A stretch of 64,000 nt of DNA from the human T2T-CHM13v2.0 reference genome, Homo sapiens: assembly GCF_009914755.1 (NCBI RefSeq), contig NC_060947.1. One strand, given 5' to 3'. A program made the position numbers and the translations under genes. Below the pieces are notes generated by a model. The model saw only the letters and a list, made by a program, of their open reading frames with translations. It had not been told where the DNA came from and ran no database searches. This document shows, in pieces, positions 1 through 13,118 of the stretch. Within the stretch, counting starts at the first letter, position 1. The number at the start of each line of letters is the position of its first letter.

Positions 1-69
1 TCCAACTCATCGTTGTGGTTCTTCCTTTTTTGTCTGCCCTTGTAGATGAATAAAAAGAAAATGCAACTT

Positions 70-725
70 GGTACTAGAAAGCTCTGGATTTGAACTCTGG
101 CTCTTCCACTTACAGATGTGTGTGACCTGTCATGCCAAACCCCTGTCAGCTCCAGTGGGGATGGCACCAGGCTCCAGAGGCTGAAGAAGAGACCCAGAGC
201 TAGTGAACAAGACATAGGGTTTTACTGGGGCTTACGTATGGGGAGATAGTCCAGTGGTGGTGGGCTAGGCAGGAGAACTGCAACCACTTGCAAAAAGCAT
301 GCAGTTTATATAGCATTTTCACTTAGCATCCTTTCCCTAACAACCTCCATTTGGCAACCTTTACGCAACCCAAAACTTGGGCCCCCAAGCCCCTGTATGG
401 TCCGTGTTCCACGGGACAGGCAGGGGGCTCAGATGTTCCTCATAGACAAGGAAGGACTCCCCAGGCTGGCCACTCTCTAGCTGGGAACACACACTCAGGT
501 GCATGTGCTATACAGAGTGGTTCTCTGGGAATGCTTGTTATTGCTTAGGTGCATTTACCATACATGACCTTAAGCAAATTTCTTTACCTTCTAAGGCTTG
601 CTTTCTTCACCTCTAAAATGCAAAAGAATATCATCTACCTCTCAGAGCTGTCTCAGGATTAAATGAGATAACATACATAAAGAATACCTATAGCACCCAG
701 CCTACAGTAGATGCTCAGTACATGG
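70..725 (+). mobile_element. MIR SINE relic split by an LTR insertion (MIR parts ~70-127 and ~565-725)
   Basis: MIR core (ctggatttgaactctggctcttccacttac...tgtgacc|ttaagcaaatt...ttcttcacctctaaaatg...aggattaaatgagataac) is continuous once 128-569 is removed. Confidence 0.75.
128..564 (-). mobile_element. Solo LTR of an endogenous retrovirus (ERV1-like; subfamily not certain)
   Basis: TG...CA termini and a perfect 5-bp target-site duplication tgacc (123-127 and 565-569); orientation inferred from resemblance to LTR consensus. Confidence 0.7.
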
Positions 726-2819
726 TGTCTGTCATTCCATCTTGGATCAAGCCATTGAGGTGGCACCTCTTCCACCTATATGCAAGGCTAGTGTAGTCTA
801 ATGAGATGACAAAGGAAAATGTGTGTTTTGCTCTTCATATTTGAACCTAGCTATGATTTTTATTTGAGCTAGAACACTTTCCTCCACAACCATGTGGCTT
901 ATCTCTCCCAGAGACAGCTCCAGCAAACAGATTTTTTTGTTGACTTGGCCCAATAACCACCTTTTGAAGCCCCTCATTGCCAGTCCCTCACTATGCTCCA
1001 ATAAGCACTGCTTGTACTGGGTGGACCCAGAAGATGGGAACTGGAAAAGCAAAACAAGGTCAGGCCTTAAAACTAAGTAAGACTTAGAGGCAGTGTGGTC
1101 AAAGATGGGATGAAGGACGAGCAGGTCAAAATAATGTTCAGACGTGATTCCAGGGGCACAGCCACTCTGCCATGGTACACCCCTTAGGTATGGTTCAGTG
1201 CATTTCTTGAGGGACAAGGTGTGCCTCGTATGTTTTTAAAGGAGCCAAGCGAATCCAGACACCCACTTTAGTTCACTGAAGTGCACAGCCCAACCACAAG
1301 TGTAGTGTGGCTGCTACATTCCCAAATTGTCAACCAAAATATATGAGAATGCCCCTGGGACCTCTTCCGAGATTGTGGAGAGGGGTGGGTCCAAACCAAT
1401 CCCTCTTCTGCTCAAAAAATTAGAAATAACTTCTTATTGACTGCTGAATGAACTGCAGACTCAGCTCACAGCATTCAAGTGTTTTTCACAAGTTAATGTC
1501 AACCTGCCTGGCCAGGCTTACTTCACCTTGCTTTCCTATCCACACCCACCCTTCAGCCACACAGCACTGTTCATTCCCTGAACATGCCCCCACACACTCC
1601 CACCTCTGTGTCTTTGATAATTATTTGTGACTTCTTCCCTGTCCTTCATCTCTACCTACTTCAATCCTTCACAGTTCCTCTGAAAAAATGGACTGTCCCA
1701 TGAGTCCTTTCCTGATCCCCCAAGTCTCCTCCAACTGGCCTATTTTCTCTGAACTATGATAGAATTTACTTCTATCTCACTTGTGACATGGATTCTAGTT
1801 TGTGCCTAGGTTGTGGCCCTTGCTAGGGTTCCAACATCGCAGGCAAGTCTGGTAATTTGGAGGAACAGTGGTAGGGAAGAGGGCCTCCGAAGAGATAAAG
1901 TCTCCTGACGGAAGGCAACAGCCAAGTGCAACAGAGCTGACTCAGGCACGAATCTGCCTCCAGCCCAGAATCCTCGAATGCAGGCCGGTGTCCTATCCAG
2001 GGACTTATTTGCATCCATGAAGGAGTCTAATGACAGTGAAGGGAATGAAATCCCTAACCCGGCCCACTGAGGTCAAAGGTATAAGTGATGTCTGTCTAAT
2101 GGCCTCTCTAATGGTCCCAATGAGGCCAAACTGCAGAGAATGAGCAATTGTTGTGCCCTGAGAGGACACTTTCCATGGAGGGAGAATTGGAGTCCAGATC
2201 ACTGGAGAGGGTTCTGGTTCAGGACACTCGGTGGATGCTCCTCAAAGGCAAGAGCTGCATCTAAGCCATGAGAGAGTCAAAATCCTCAGGAACCCAGGCA
2301 GGTTTTCTTTAGGACATCTAAGCCTGACAGAGTACAGATGGCACCTTCAGAAACCATCTTGATGAGGATGGATCAAGTCAGCATTCTATGCTGGAACCAG
2401 TTGAAACTGGTGGCTGGATTGAGGCCACCTCCGTCTGATGGGGTAGTGGTTATGAGCACAAACTATAGAGCCAGCTCCCTGGGTTCAGCTTGAGAACTTG
2501 ATTTGCCCTGTGCTTCAGCTTCCTCATAGATAAACGGGAATAACAGAATCAGTCAACTGAGAGCAGCAAGTGAGACCTCCTTGATGTCAGTAGTTGTGAA
2601 GTCCATTTTAAGAGGCCCAGCAGACTGTATCAAATAAAGTAGAGGACTGATTTGTGGCTATGTGGATATGCAAAAGCAACCTACAGATTCTTGGCTCTGT
2701 TTAAAGGGCGAAACAACAGTTCTAGAAATTTTTCTAGAAAAAATGGGGGAGGGTCTTGATGCCATTATAATTTGGCTATTAAAGGATGAGACCTTACTAT
2801 TTTTTTCTTTTTTCTTTTC

Positions 2820-3137
<318 letters not shown>

Positions 3138-3149
3138 TTCTCTTTTCTT

Positions 3150-3312
3150 TTTTTAAATTATTTTTAGACACAGGGTCTTGCTGTTGTTACCCAGGCTGGA
3201 GTGCAGTGGTGTGATCATCATTCACTACAGCCTTGAACTCCTGGGCTCAGGCAAGCCTCCTACCTCAGCCTCCAAAGTAGCTGGGACTATAGGCACGTGC
3301 CACTATGGCAGA
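3150..3312 (-). mobile_element. Alu monomer fragment (AluJ/FLAM-like)
   Basis: cagggtcttgctgttgttacccaggctggagtgcagtgg...gtagctgggactataggcacg. Confidence 0.85.
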
Positions 3313-3899
3313 TTAATAAGAACTTCTTTTTTATTTGCAGGCTTATCATACCTTGTCATACTGGCAATGCTCAGTAAACTAGTCGTGATCACTGAAGAGG
3401 GACTGCTGTGCTTGGTGGAACAATGCAAAAGACTATAAGTCTTGGCAGAGTAACATAGAGACTGCAGGGCAGAGCATGGGGCACCCAGTGGAACAGCAAC
3501 AGTGCCAGTGAGAACATACTGGCAGGACTCTCATTGTTAGGGGCTCCTAGAAGTGCTTGAGGTGAGGGCGTTGCAGGAAGCTAAACATTATGTGTGAGCA
3601 AGTATGTGTTGGAGCCACAGAAATTCAGATTTTCTGGCTATTTGTGTCCTTTATCTCTTTCATTAACCTCTTTGAGGACAGGTGCTAAGTCTTACTCATC
3701 TCAGTATCTCCCAAGAGCAAGAGCCCTAGTCCTGACAGAGGCTGTGGAGACTGCAGGGTGGCCTGATGCCCACTGGATCAGCGGCAGCATTAGGCAGAGC
3801 TGGCTCCATCCTGTGCACAGGTGAGACTTGCTAGAAAATGTCCCACTCATCCCTATCCCTCAATGGCATCTGGCCCTGGGCTTACTTTTATTCTCCCCA

Positions 3900-4460
3900 T
3901 TTTTCAGCTTCATTGAGGCATAACTTATATACCATAAATGCACCTATTCTAAGTGTAAAGGTTGAGTTTTAATAAATGTATACAATCATGCATCCATCAT
4001 CATCACACCACATAGTTTTGGAATACTTCCATCTTTCCTAAATATTCCCTGTACTGCTTAGCAGTCATCCCTGCCCCAACCTTCAGACCCAGGCAACTAT
4101 TTGTGAGTTGTCTATAATTTATGGTTTTGTCTTTTCTAGCAATTTCATATTAAGGAATCATATAGTATATCTGGTGTCTTTCATTGCATACGTTTAAGAT
4201 TCGTCCATGTTGTAATAAGTATCAATTGTCCTTTTTTATTGCTGTGTAGTATTCCATTGCCTGGGTAAGCCACATTTTGTTAACCCACTTGCTAACATAA
4301 CAGACAGACATTTGGGTTATTTCTCATTTGATTTTACAAAAAATGCTTCAATGTTCATTTTTCTTACTAGTCTTTGTGTAGATGTATGTTTTCATTTATT
4401 TTGGGTAGAAGCCTAGAAGTGAAATTGTGGAGCTATATGGTAAATGTACAATTTTCATTG
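3900..4460 (-). mobile_element. Old L1 (L1M-type) 3' fragment
   Basis: Antisense L1 3'-end motifs: cagcttcattgaggcataacttatataccataaa, tttattgctgtgtagtattccattg, gtagatgtatgttttcatt. Confidence 0.75.
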
Positions 4461-5586
4461 ATTTGAGGCACCTGAACAGGATTAAGAAGTAGGAAGCTGA
4501 AAGTAAGCCATATGGGAATGGTACACATGGTTGAGGATATAGCAGAGAATTCCAGGAAAAGGAAGATTACTGAGAAGAAAGATAGAAATGCATTAAGAGA
4601 AAAATTCATCTACTTAATAGTTTGTACTTCAATATATGCAGGAAGCCTAAACATTTTATGTAATCACAAAATTGTCTCAATCTATTATAATAGTAGAATT
4701 TCACCTGGATCATAGCATACACCATTAGGCATGTGTGGATGGACAAGTACAGTGATAAGGGCATCTATAAAGGTACCTAAGTCTGCCAACAGCCTACATG
4801 GTTGTCCACTTTTACAGAGCCATTAAGTTTAATCATGACAAGAATTTGCCTTTAACAAAAAATTCCATTTCAAAGATTCAATTGGAATTTCTACTCTTTG
4901 CTTCTACCTCTTGGCTTTCTACTCTACCATGTAGAGTAGAATAGTACAACTGTTCCATGGCACAGTTGTATTTATTTTACCTGGTCTCTGCAGAGGCCAT
5001 TCTGAACAGTAAGCTCCCCTTGGAATATGAAACTGTACCAATCAGGTTTTAGGACCAGAAGTAATGAAAGAGAACTCTGTGACAACAGAAATAATTATTA
5101 CATAGCTCCAAACACACCCACATGTCGAATTATATTATCCTATAATTGATCTAACCCAATTAATCTATAACAAAGAAATCCATCCAACTTCCTAGTGCAA
5201 AAGTATAAAAGAAGAAAGCTTGATCATTAGAGACTTAAAGATTGAGAGTTCTAGTCATTCAATTTTCAGTTCTTAAATATACAAACAGATTTTGAAATTG
5301 AGTAAGAGGCAAAAAGTTTATGCACTTCATCTTTCTCCCATTGGAGAGATCACCCCAAGCACCCTGGATGATTTGGGCATAGATGCCCAAGAGTTCAGTG
5401 AATCTGGCTTACCAGGGATTAAGATATATAGGGAGGACAGCCAGCTCCAGGAAGGTTTTTGACATATCTATCACAGCAGAGAGTACCTTTTTCATTAATG
5501 AAGACCCACAGAAATATCTGTTGCACCTCAGTATCAGGAAAAAAAAAACCCATGATCCTCTTGGAAGAACTGAATTATTTTTATCC

Positions 5587-5773
5587 TAAGTGGTTCTCGA
5601 GTGTGGTCCCAACCAGCAGCATCCTCATCACCTGGGACCTTGTTCAAAATGCACATACTCAGGTCCCACGCCAGACCTACCAAATCAGAAGCTCTGGAGG
5701 TGGGACCCAGCAATCTGTGTTTTGATAAGCCTTCCTGATGATTCTGGGGCAAGCCAAAATTTGAGAACCACTG
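5587..5773. mobile_element. MER5A-like hAT-Charlie DNA transposon (MITE)
   Basis: Terminal inverted repeats agtggttctc...gagaaccactg and typical internal ccagcagcatc...tgcacatactcaggtccc. Confidence 0.85.
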
Positions 5774-7831
5774 TCCTGTTTACTGATGGCCGAGAATCTT
5801 AGAACCAAATTGGCAGCTTCTCTCTGGCAGCTGTTTTCTAACCCCTCTCCCCACCACCTGAGAGGTAGAGAAGGCTTCTTCAGCACCCTTAGATGCCCAG
5901 CTCCTTAGAGACTTAAAAAAACATTTTTACAACACCAACTAAATTGGGCTGTGAACCAGAAAACACAACTTCAGAAAATTGGTAACTTATTCATTCAACT
6001 TCTAATACTTTTCTGAGTCAAAAAGCTGCATTAGGATTGTATTACAATTCCTTATCTAAAACCAAGTAGTTGTTTTGAAAATCTTGGATGATAATATTGA
6101 CCACTTATGTACTAAAAACAAAAAAGGATTTCATCATTTTGTATAGGCCAAGTGCCTAGCTAAAAATGATTAACAAGACATGGTTATCTTTTGCTAGTGA
6201 ATTATAAGGTTGTAAAAGAGATACAAAAGCAAATGCATTTAAATTATCTATCATGAATCACTGGTTAGCCTGGAAATCTCTTGTTCTTTGGTTAATAGAA
6301 CACGCAGAAAACCTAAGCCTACAATGCCAAATGAGCAAATATGGCTCATTGTCAGGAACTGAGTGTTTTTCAGCTCTTGTCACTGATTTTTAACCTTTCA
6401 GAAGCCAAAGAGAATCTGTGTTTCATCTTAGTTCTGTTGAGAACTTGTGAGACCTTGGGTGAGATACTTTCCCTACTCTGGACCTCATTTCTGCCTCTGC
6501 AAAATGAGAGCATTTGATTTGATCATGTCTAGGGTCACTTCCATCTCTGATATTCTGGGATTCTGGAATTCTAGAGATCTAAGACCCCCACTGCTCCAGT
6601 ACTACTCCAATACAACTACTCTCTCTTGACCGCTCTTGATCAGAAGGAAGAGGGAGAAGAAAAAGTATTCCAGTGGCTGCAGCCTGCTGAAAGCATGAGT
6701 GAGATCTGGGAATTCAGATAATCTCAGAAATCACATGCAAGCATTACAGAACTTACAAAACAGTGCCATGTGGAGATCGGCTGTGGTGTGAATTGGAAGA
6801 CATGGTTTGCTCCTTGGTAAATGATACACAGGAGTCCCAGGGAGATTTTATCATTAGTTTGCTGAGAACAAGATGTGAACCCTTTAAGGAGCCCTTTTCT
6901 GTAGAGACAATCTTAAAGAACCAGCCCAGTGTATGAAATTACTAGAGTGTATATATCTGAAAGCTTAGGAACTTGGGTTTATGCAAACACTCCCCCGCAC
7001 CCCCATTCCCATCAAAGGCAGTTATTTAGCTGAGTGATTCAAGCTGTGGCAATAACTTATAAAGGGTGGGGGATAGGTGTGGTTTGGGGGACTTAAACCA
7101 CATCTGTCTTCCACCCTTCATGAAATTAAGGAGGTCATTGATTCAATTCATCCACTTCACTTTCTCTGAAGAACTGATTGCCCCTACTAAGTATAAAGAA
7201 CAACCTTTGTTGTTCCCCCTGTTCATTAGCTAGCCAAATACTTTGCTCTTTTTCACTTCGCTCCCCAGACTACTTTCTAATATGGTTATATTTATGAACA
7301 CCTCACTACATGGTTTCTAGCTGAGAGATTATGCATTGCATTTGATAATTTCAGAGAATATTTCTTAGCAGCTTCAATTAGTAACTACACTCCAACTGCT
7401 AGCTTCCTGCTCCCAAACAGTGCCCCCACCACAAACACATACATATAAAGCACATGGTTATGTTTTCTGTAAAAAGTAGCTTCTCTGGCTGGTACTGAGG
7501 TGGTTGCCTTAAATGTGTACTTCTTTCAGTTGATGTAAACATCATCTACATGCCCATCATCCCTGGAGTCACCTATTTCATTTCTTCATCTGCAAATGAT
7601 GATTTTCATTCTTAAAAGTTCTTTTGTGTCAGGAGCTTGAGCAGTGATGTTCTGTATTGTTTTGTTTTGGAATAAGGCAGGTTAGGTTCCCTTTAACCAT
7701 TTCTAGAGAGAAAAATCCTAAACAGCCCCTTAAAAGAAAACATGGCATTAAAACAGACAGTCAAACAGTAAAAAGTGGTTTTATTAGGACATTTAGAGAC
7801 AAAGCAACTGGTGCTGTGCCTGGATTTTTCA

Positions 7832-8228
<397 letters not shown>

Positions 8229-8855
8229 TTAAGCCCAAGTGACCTGAATGATCACTCCTTGGAGGTGACATAAACCCTGTCGAAGTGTAAATGATCTGTT
8301 GCTTCACCATCTCTCTGATATTAAATTTTGAGGAGTGGGTTCAAGGTTGTGCTTCAGGGGACACCTACACTTATTTATCATGTAAAACAAAATGCACTAG
8401 ACTACCATGTGATTGCAGGGGGATAAATGGTTTTTTTCTTAAAAAAAATTGACAAAACCTATATAGACCATCCTGGGTAGATATGAAAACAGGGTGATTC
8501 TAATAATAAATAAGACGATTTAATAGGGTCTAGTTGGTCCCAAGATTCCCCAACAGGGAAGAATAAGCAACTGCAGAGCATTTCCCCAGCCCCCTCCCTC
8601 TCCTTATGACAGGACACGCCAATAAAACTCCACCTCCTACTCTTCAGTGCCAGATGGGTAAGCATTTAGCCAAGCATGCTGGGAGACACACAGAACTGAA
8701 GCAAAGGAGTATCTGGATGTCTTGGATTTTCTTCCCATTCTGTTCTGTTCTGTTCTCCTAATACCATCTCGTTACTAGACGTAGGCATTGGACGTGACAA
8801 TCAACTGCATTTGAACTGAGAAGAAGAAATATTAAAGACACAGTCTTCAGAAGAA

Positions 8856-9289
8856 ATGGCTCAAAGGCAGCCTCACTCACCTAATCAGACTTTAATTTCA
8901 ATCACAAATGACACAGAATCATCAAGCTCTGTGGTTTCTAACGATAACACAAATAAAGGATGGAGCGGGGACAACTCTCCAGGAATAGAAGCATTGTGTG
9001 CCATCTATATTACTTATGCTGTGATCATTTCAGTGGGCATCCTTGGAAATGCTATTCTCATCAAAGTCTTTTTCAAGACCAAATCCATGCAAACAGTTCC
9101 AAATATTTTCATCACCAGCCTGGCTTTTGGAGATCTTTTACTTCTGCTAACTTGTGTGCCAGTGGATGCAACTCACTACCTTGCAGAAGGATGGCTGTTC
9201 GGAAGAATTGGTTGTAAGGTGCTCTCTTTCATCCGGCTCACTTCTGTTGGTGTGTCAGTGTTCACATTAACAATTCTCAGCGCTGACAG
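8856..9289 (+). CDS. BRS3: BRS3 coding exon 1 (N-terminus to TM3)
   Basis: ATG in strong context (gaaATGg); donor cag|gtgagt at 9289/9290. Confidence 0.98.
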
Positions 9290-12200
9290 GTGAGTTTCTT
9301 TTCTCCATTATATTTGCCAGGATGTGAAATTGGGCAAAAAGAAAGGAAAGCTTGTACTTAGCATTTACTGGCTACTATTCTGCTTTTCTCACACTCTGTA
9401 ACGTGGATGTGAGATTGGAAAATCTGGTGGCATTTAAAATAAAAGTTAGTGTAAGAATGTTAAAATTTCTGTGTTAGCACGGAGGAGAAGTTGAAATTGC
9501 ATGCTTTATGGATAATTTATTCTTATTGTTTGCTCGGAAGTATACTGAACGGGGTTTTTATTTTTCTCCAGTTTATTAAGTAAAGCAAATTGTTCCAGGT
9601 GTAAAGGAAAAAAATTCATGCTTTATACATTAGTGCAGCCTAGTGGTGCAATATAGTCAACATGAAAACCAGGATAGGTGTGAAATTGACCACATATGTA
9701 TAACTGTATATTGGAAGAGTGGTAAAAAGACACAGGCATCTAATTTATTTGAAATTCATCAAATTAGCTAATGGCAGAAAAACGGTGAGGTTTTCAACTC
9801 CCTGGTAACTTAGTGTAATGTCATCACGTAATTCTACTTGTTTTCTCTGTAGGCATTCAGTGACATTATCATTTCCAGAGAAATAAATTAATCTTGGTTG
9901 ACTTTTAGAGCTCTGTGGAGAGAGCGTGTGAGATCCTCTTGCAGTCAGGGTGTTCAGATTCTGTGTTAGGATATTTTCAGTCCAAGTACTCTGTTTTTCT
10001 GTGTTCCTATTGTAGAATAACTGTAAAAACATGAAAAAATTTGAGGCTCCAAATGTTAAAAATGATGCTTTACAAAGCCTGCAAGATTCCTGTAAGTAAT
10101 CGATGTTTGGCAGTACCAGAAGGAATAACTTCTTCAGATTCTAGAATCTGAGAGGAGGAAAACCTTTCCCTGTGTCTTTTGATGATTTTTGCTTTGACTG
10201 GTCTTATATTCTATTTGAGGGCAGACTGGCTTAATGACTGTAGATTTTAAGGTGGATTTGTTTGAATGAGGAGGTATCTCTGTACCGGCACAGGACTTCT
10301 GATTGCAACTTTGCCTCGCCCTAAATCTGTCCACTGATCAGGTTGGGCAACGAATTAACACTTACAAACGGGGAAGAAATTAATCCTCTCCTCTTTACCA
10401 CATAAACCCTTGGAATTCTCTTCTAGGAAGGTTGATAACTGTTCACTCATGAAGAAAGGAAAATTAATTCAGTTTAACATCAGTCACTTATACAAAAGAA
10501 GTCTTTTAGGTACCTTAAGTGTATTACACTTAAGGTAATACACAGGTGGTGAATTACTCTCAGTCACACATAAAGTCATGCTGATAAATGTTTATTTGTC
10601 CTAAATAGAGAGTCTATACATAAAATTATAAAATTGCAAATCTGGAATATCTCATAGGAGTGAATAATGGAAAAGGAGATTAGCATAAATAAAAATATTG
10701 GGATGTATTATGTGCATTTAAAACCATAGCCAATTCTAGTTGGTTAATGTTGACTTGGTTATACACATATGCACGGAGGGTAGAACTGGATGACCACTAA
10801 GGTCACTTCTCACCCTAAAATTTGGTAACTTTGACATTTATTTGGACCTTTGCCTCTGATTATGTGTTTCTAGATACAAGGCAGTTGTGAAGCCACTTGA
10901 GCGACAGCCCTCCAATGCCATCCTGAAGACTTGTGTAAAAGCTGGCTGCGTCTGGATCGTGTCTATGATATTTGCTCTACCTGAGGCTATATTTTCAAAT
11001 GTATACACTTTTCGAGATCCCAATAAAAATATGACATTTGAATCATGTACCTCTTATCCTGTCTCTAAGAAGCTCTTGCAAGAAATACATTCTCTGCTGT
11101 GCTTCTTAGTGTTCTACATTATTCCACTCTCTATTATCTCTGTCTACTATTCCTTGATTGCTAGGACCCTTTACAAAAGCACCCTGAACATACCTACTGA
11201 GGAACAAAGCCATGCCCGTAAGCAGGTATGTATTAATCAGTACTCATGCAAATCTAGTTTGAATTTAGAAGTGAAGTTCCTACTTTTGCACAGTGAGTAA
11301 CTGTGTATCTTCCTGTTTATAAATGCAATAGCAGTGTAGTATTTTTGTTATGAGCATAGGCTCCGGTTTGAATCCCAGTTCTATCACGTACTAGCTGAGT
11401 AATCTTGAGCAAGTTACCTAACCTTTCTGAGCCTCGGTTTCCTCATCTGTAAAATGAAGATGATTACTAGATGATATAGATGAAATGCTTAGGTGCAGAG
11501 TAAGTATTTCAATAAATGGTAAGACTACTACTATTAGAGAGGGGACAATTGAAGTTTGAGAGTAGTCAAAATTTTTTACCCCATGGAATAGTGGGGAACA
11601 CTGCATAAGATGATACTATGAAGAAAAGCATCTTTTGTTTTAGAAAGTGTAACAGAATAAAAATACATAGCATATAGAACTGGCAAGAATCCGTAACACT
11701 ATTCAATGCAAACCACTTACACACAGATGAGCAAACTGAGGTGGGGAGGAGTGAGGGGAAAGAGTGGAATGCAAGTAGCACGAGAACACAGTGACTCACA
11801 GAAGCTTGATTAAGACCACTGCAAGAGCCACGTGTACCCTCCCTCTCATAAATATGGACAGAATAAAAGGAATGTTGCCAAAACATAGTTCCATTTGATT
11901 AAAAATATTTTTCTAACCTCTGGGAAAGGGGGAGAGAGGATTCCATTTACCCCTTGATCGGTACGCAGAGAACTATGCCTTTTTTAGAGCTAGTCCATTC
12001 AGTTAGTTTAACAATGGTGCTCATGAGACTGAAGTTGCATATTTAATACCCATGTGAACCAGTTACCTTTGCTCTATTTGTGACCACAGGCTATATATTC
12101 ACCTAACTTGGCTCATTTCTCTTATTAATAGATGTAGGTAGGATTATCTTCACATAAAAAGGACAGCACATTTTGGATTTACTTCTTTGACTATATGGTT

Positions 12201-12654
12201 AGAATTCCTATAGAGTAAAAACAATTTTAGTTACCAGCTTGGCAACTTTCATAGACCTCAAAACAATATTCTGACCTAGTCAGCTTCTGCTGATGCAGTG
12301 AAAGCAATTTTGTATAGCGTCTCTTTGTTTTTAATTACAGTAAATTTTGGAGAATTCCACGGCATTCTTCGAGTTAACTGCAGACATCCTAGAGTATCTC
12401 GAAATTAGGGGGAAAGGTATCTCTGAATTAGAGTTAATGAGCCCAAGATCAGAGGTTACCATGCCAATTGACTTGCTGTGTTATATAGTCACAGGCTGAC
12501 TTCCTGCACATCCCAGCCAGTTAGCATACAAATGCATGTTCAAAGGGAAATCAGCTGTAATTAACTGTAAATTTCTATGTAAATTTATAGGATAACTTTT
12601 TAAAATCTCTCACAGCTAAATGTTTTGTTTTTTTTGTTGTTGTTGTTTTTTGTG

Positions 12655-12685
<31 letters not shown>

Positions 12686-13118
12686 ATGTTTCTTCCCCCT
12701 ATAGATTGAATCCCGAAAGAGAATTGCCAGAACGGTATTGGTGTTGGTGGCTCTGTTTGCCCTCTGCTGGTTGCCAAATCACCTCCTGTACCTCTACCAT
12801 TCATTCACTTCTCAAACCTATGTAGACCCCTCTGCCATGCATTTCATTTTCACCATTTTCTCTCGGGTTTTGGCTTTCAGCAATTCTTGCGTAAACCCCT
12901 TTGCTCTCTACTGGCTGAGCAAAAGCTTCCAGAAGCATTTTAAAGCTCAGTTGTTCTGTTGCAAGGCGGAGCGGCCTGAGCCTCCTGTTGCTGACACCTC
13001 TCTTACCACCCTGGCTGTGATGGGAACGGTCCCGGGCACTGGGAGCATACAGATGTCTGAAATTAGTGTGACCTCGTTCACTGGGTGTAGTGTGAAGCAG
13101 GCAGAGGACAGATTCTAG
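8856..13118 (+). CDS. BRS3: Bombesin receptor subtype 3 (class A GPCR), join(8856..9289,10874..11225,12705..13118), 399 aa
   Basis: 434+352+414=1200 nt = 399 codons + TAG. Class A motifs GN (TM1), LAFGD (TM2), DRY split across intron 1, CWLP (TM6), NPFALY (TM7). N-terminus [12 protein letters not shown] is human BRS3. Confidence 0.99.
10874..11225 (+). CDS. BRS3: BRS3 coding exon 2 (ICL2 to TM5/ICL3)
   Basis: Acceptor tttctag|atac restores R-Y-K of DRY; donor cag|gtatgt. Confidence 0.98.
11335..11530 (+). mobile_element. MIR SINE
   Basis: ggtttgaatcccagttct...ctgagcctcggtttcctcatctgtaaaatg MIR core. Confidence 0.85.
12621..12682 (+). repeat. T-rich / poly-T tract upstream of the BRS3 exon 3 acceptor
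   Basis: About 60 nt of T with occasional G, ending in a pure T run. Confidence 0.9.
12705..13118 (+). CDS. BRS3: BRS3 coding exon 3 (TM6, TM7, C-tail)
   Basis: Acceptor cctatag|attgaa ([10 protein letters not shown]); stop TAG at 13116-13118. Confidence 0.98.
   Translation: MESRKRIARTVLVLVALFALCWLPNHLLYLYHSFTSQTYVDPSAMHFIFTIFSRVLAFSNSCVNPFALYWLSKSFQKHFKAQLFCCKAERPEPPVADTSLTTLAVMGTVPGTGSIQMSEISVTSFTGCSVKQAEDRF

Noticed and set aside
1823-2014. Kelch-like LYLFGG in a minus-strand ORF
   Set aside because: Single short motif with none of the other kelch repeat residues
2720-2739. ttctagaaa-tt-tttctagaa inverted repeat as a heat-shock element
   Set aside because: The nGAAn units are out of phase by 2 nt; a 9-bp AT-rich stem is plausible by chance
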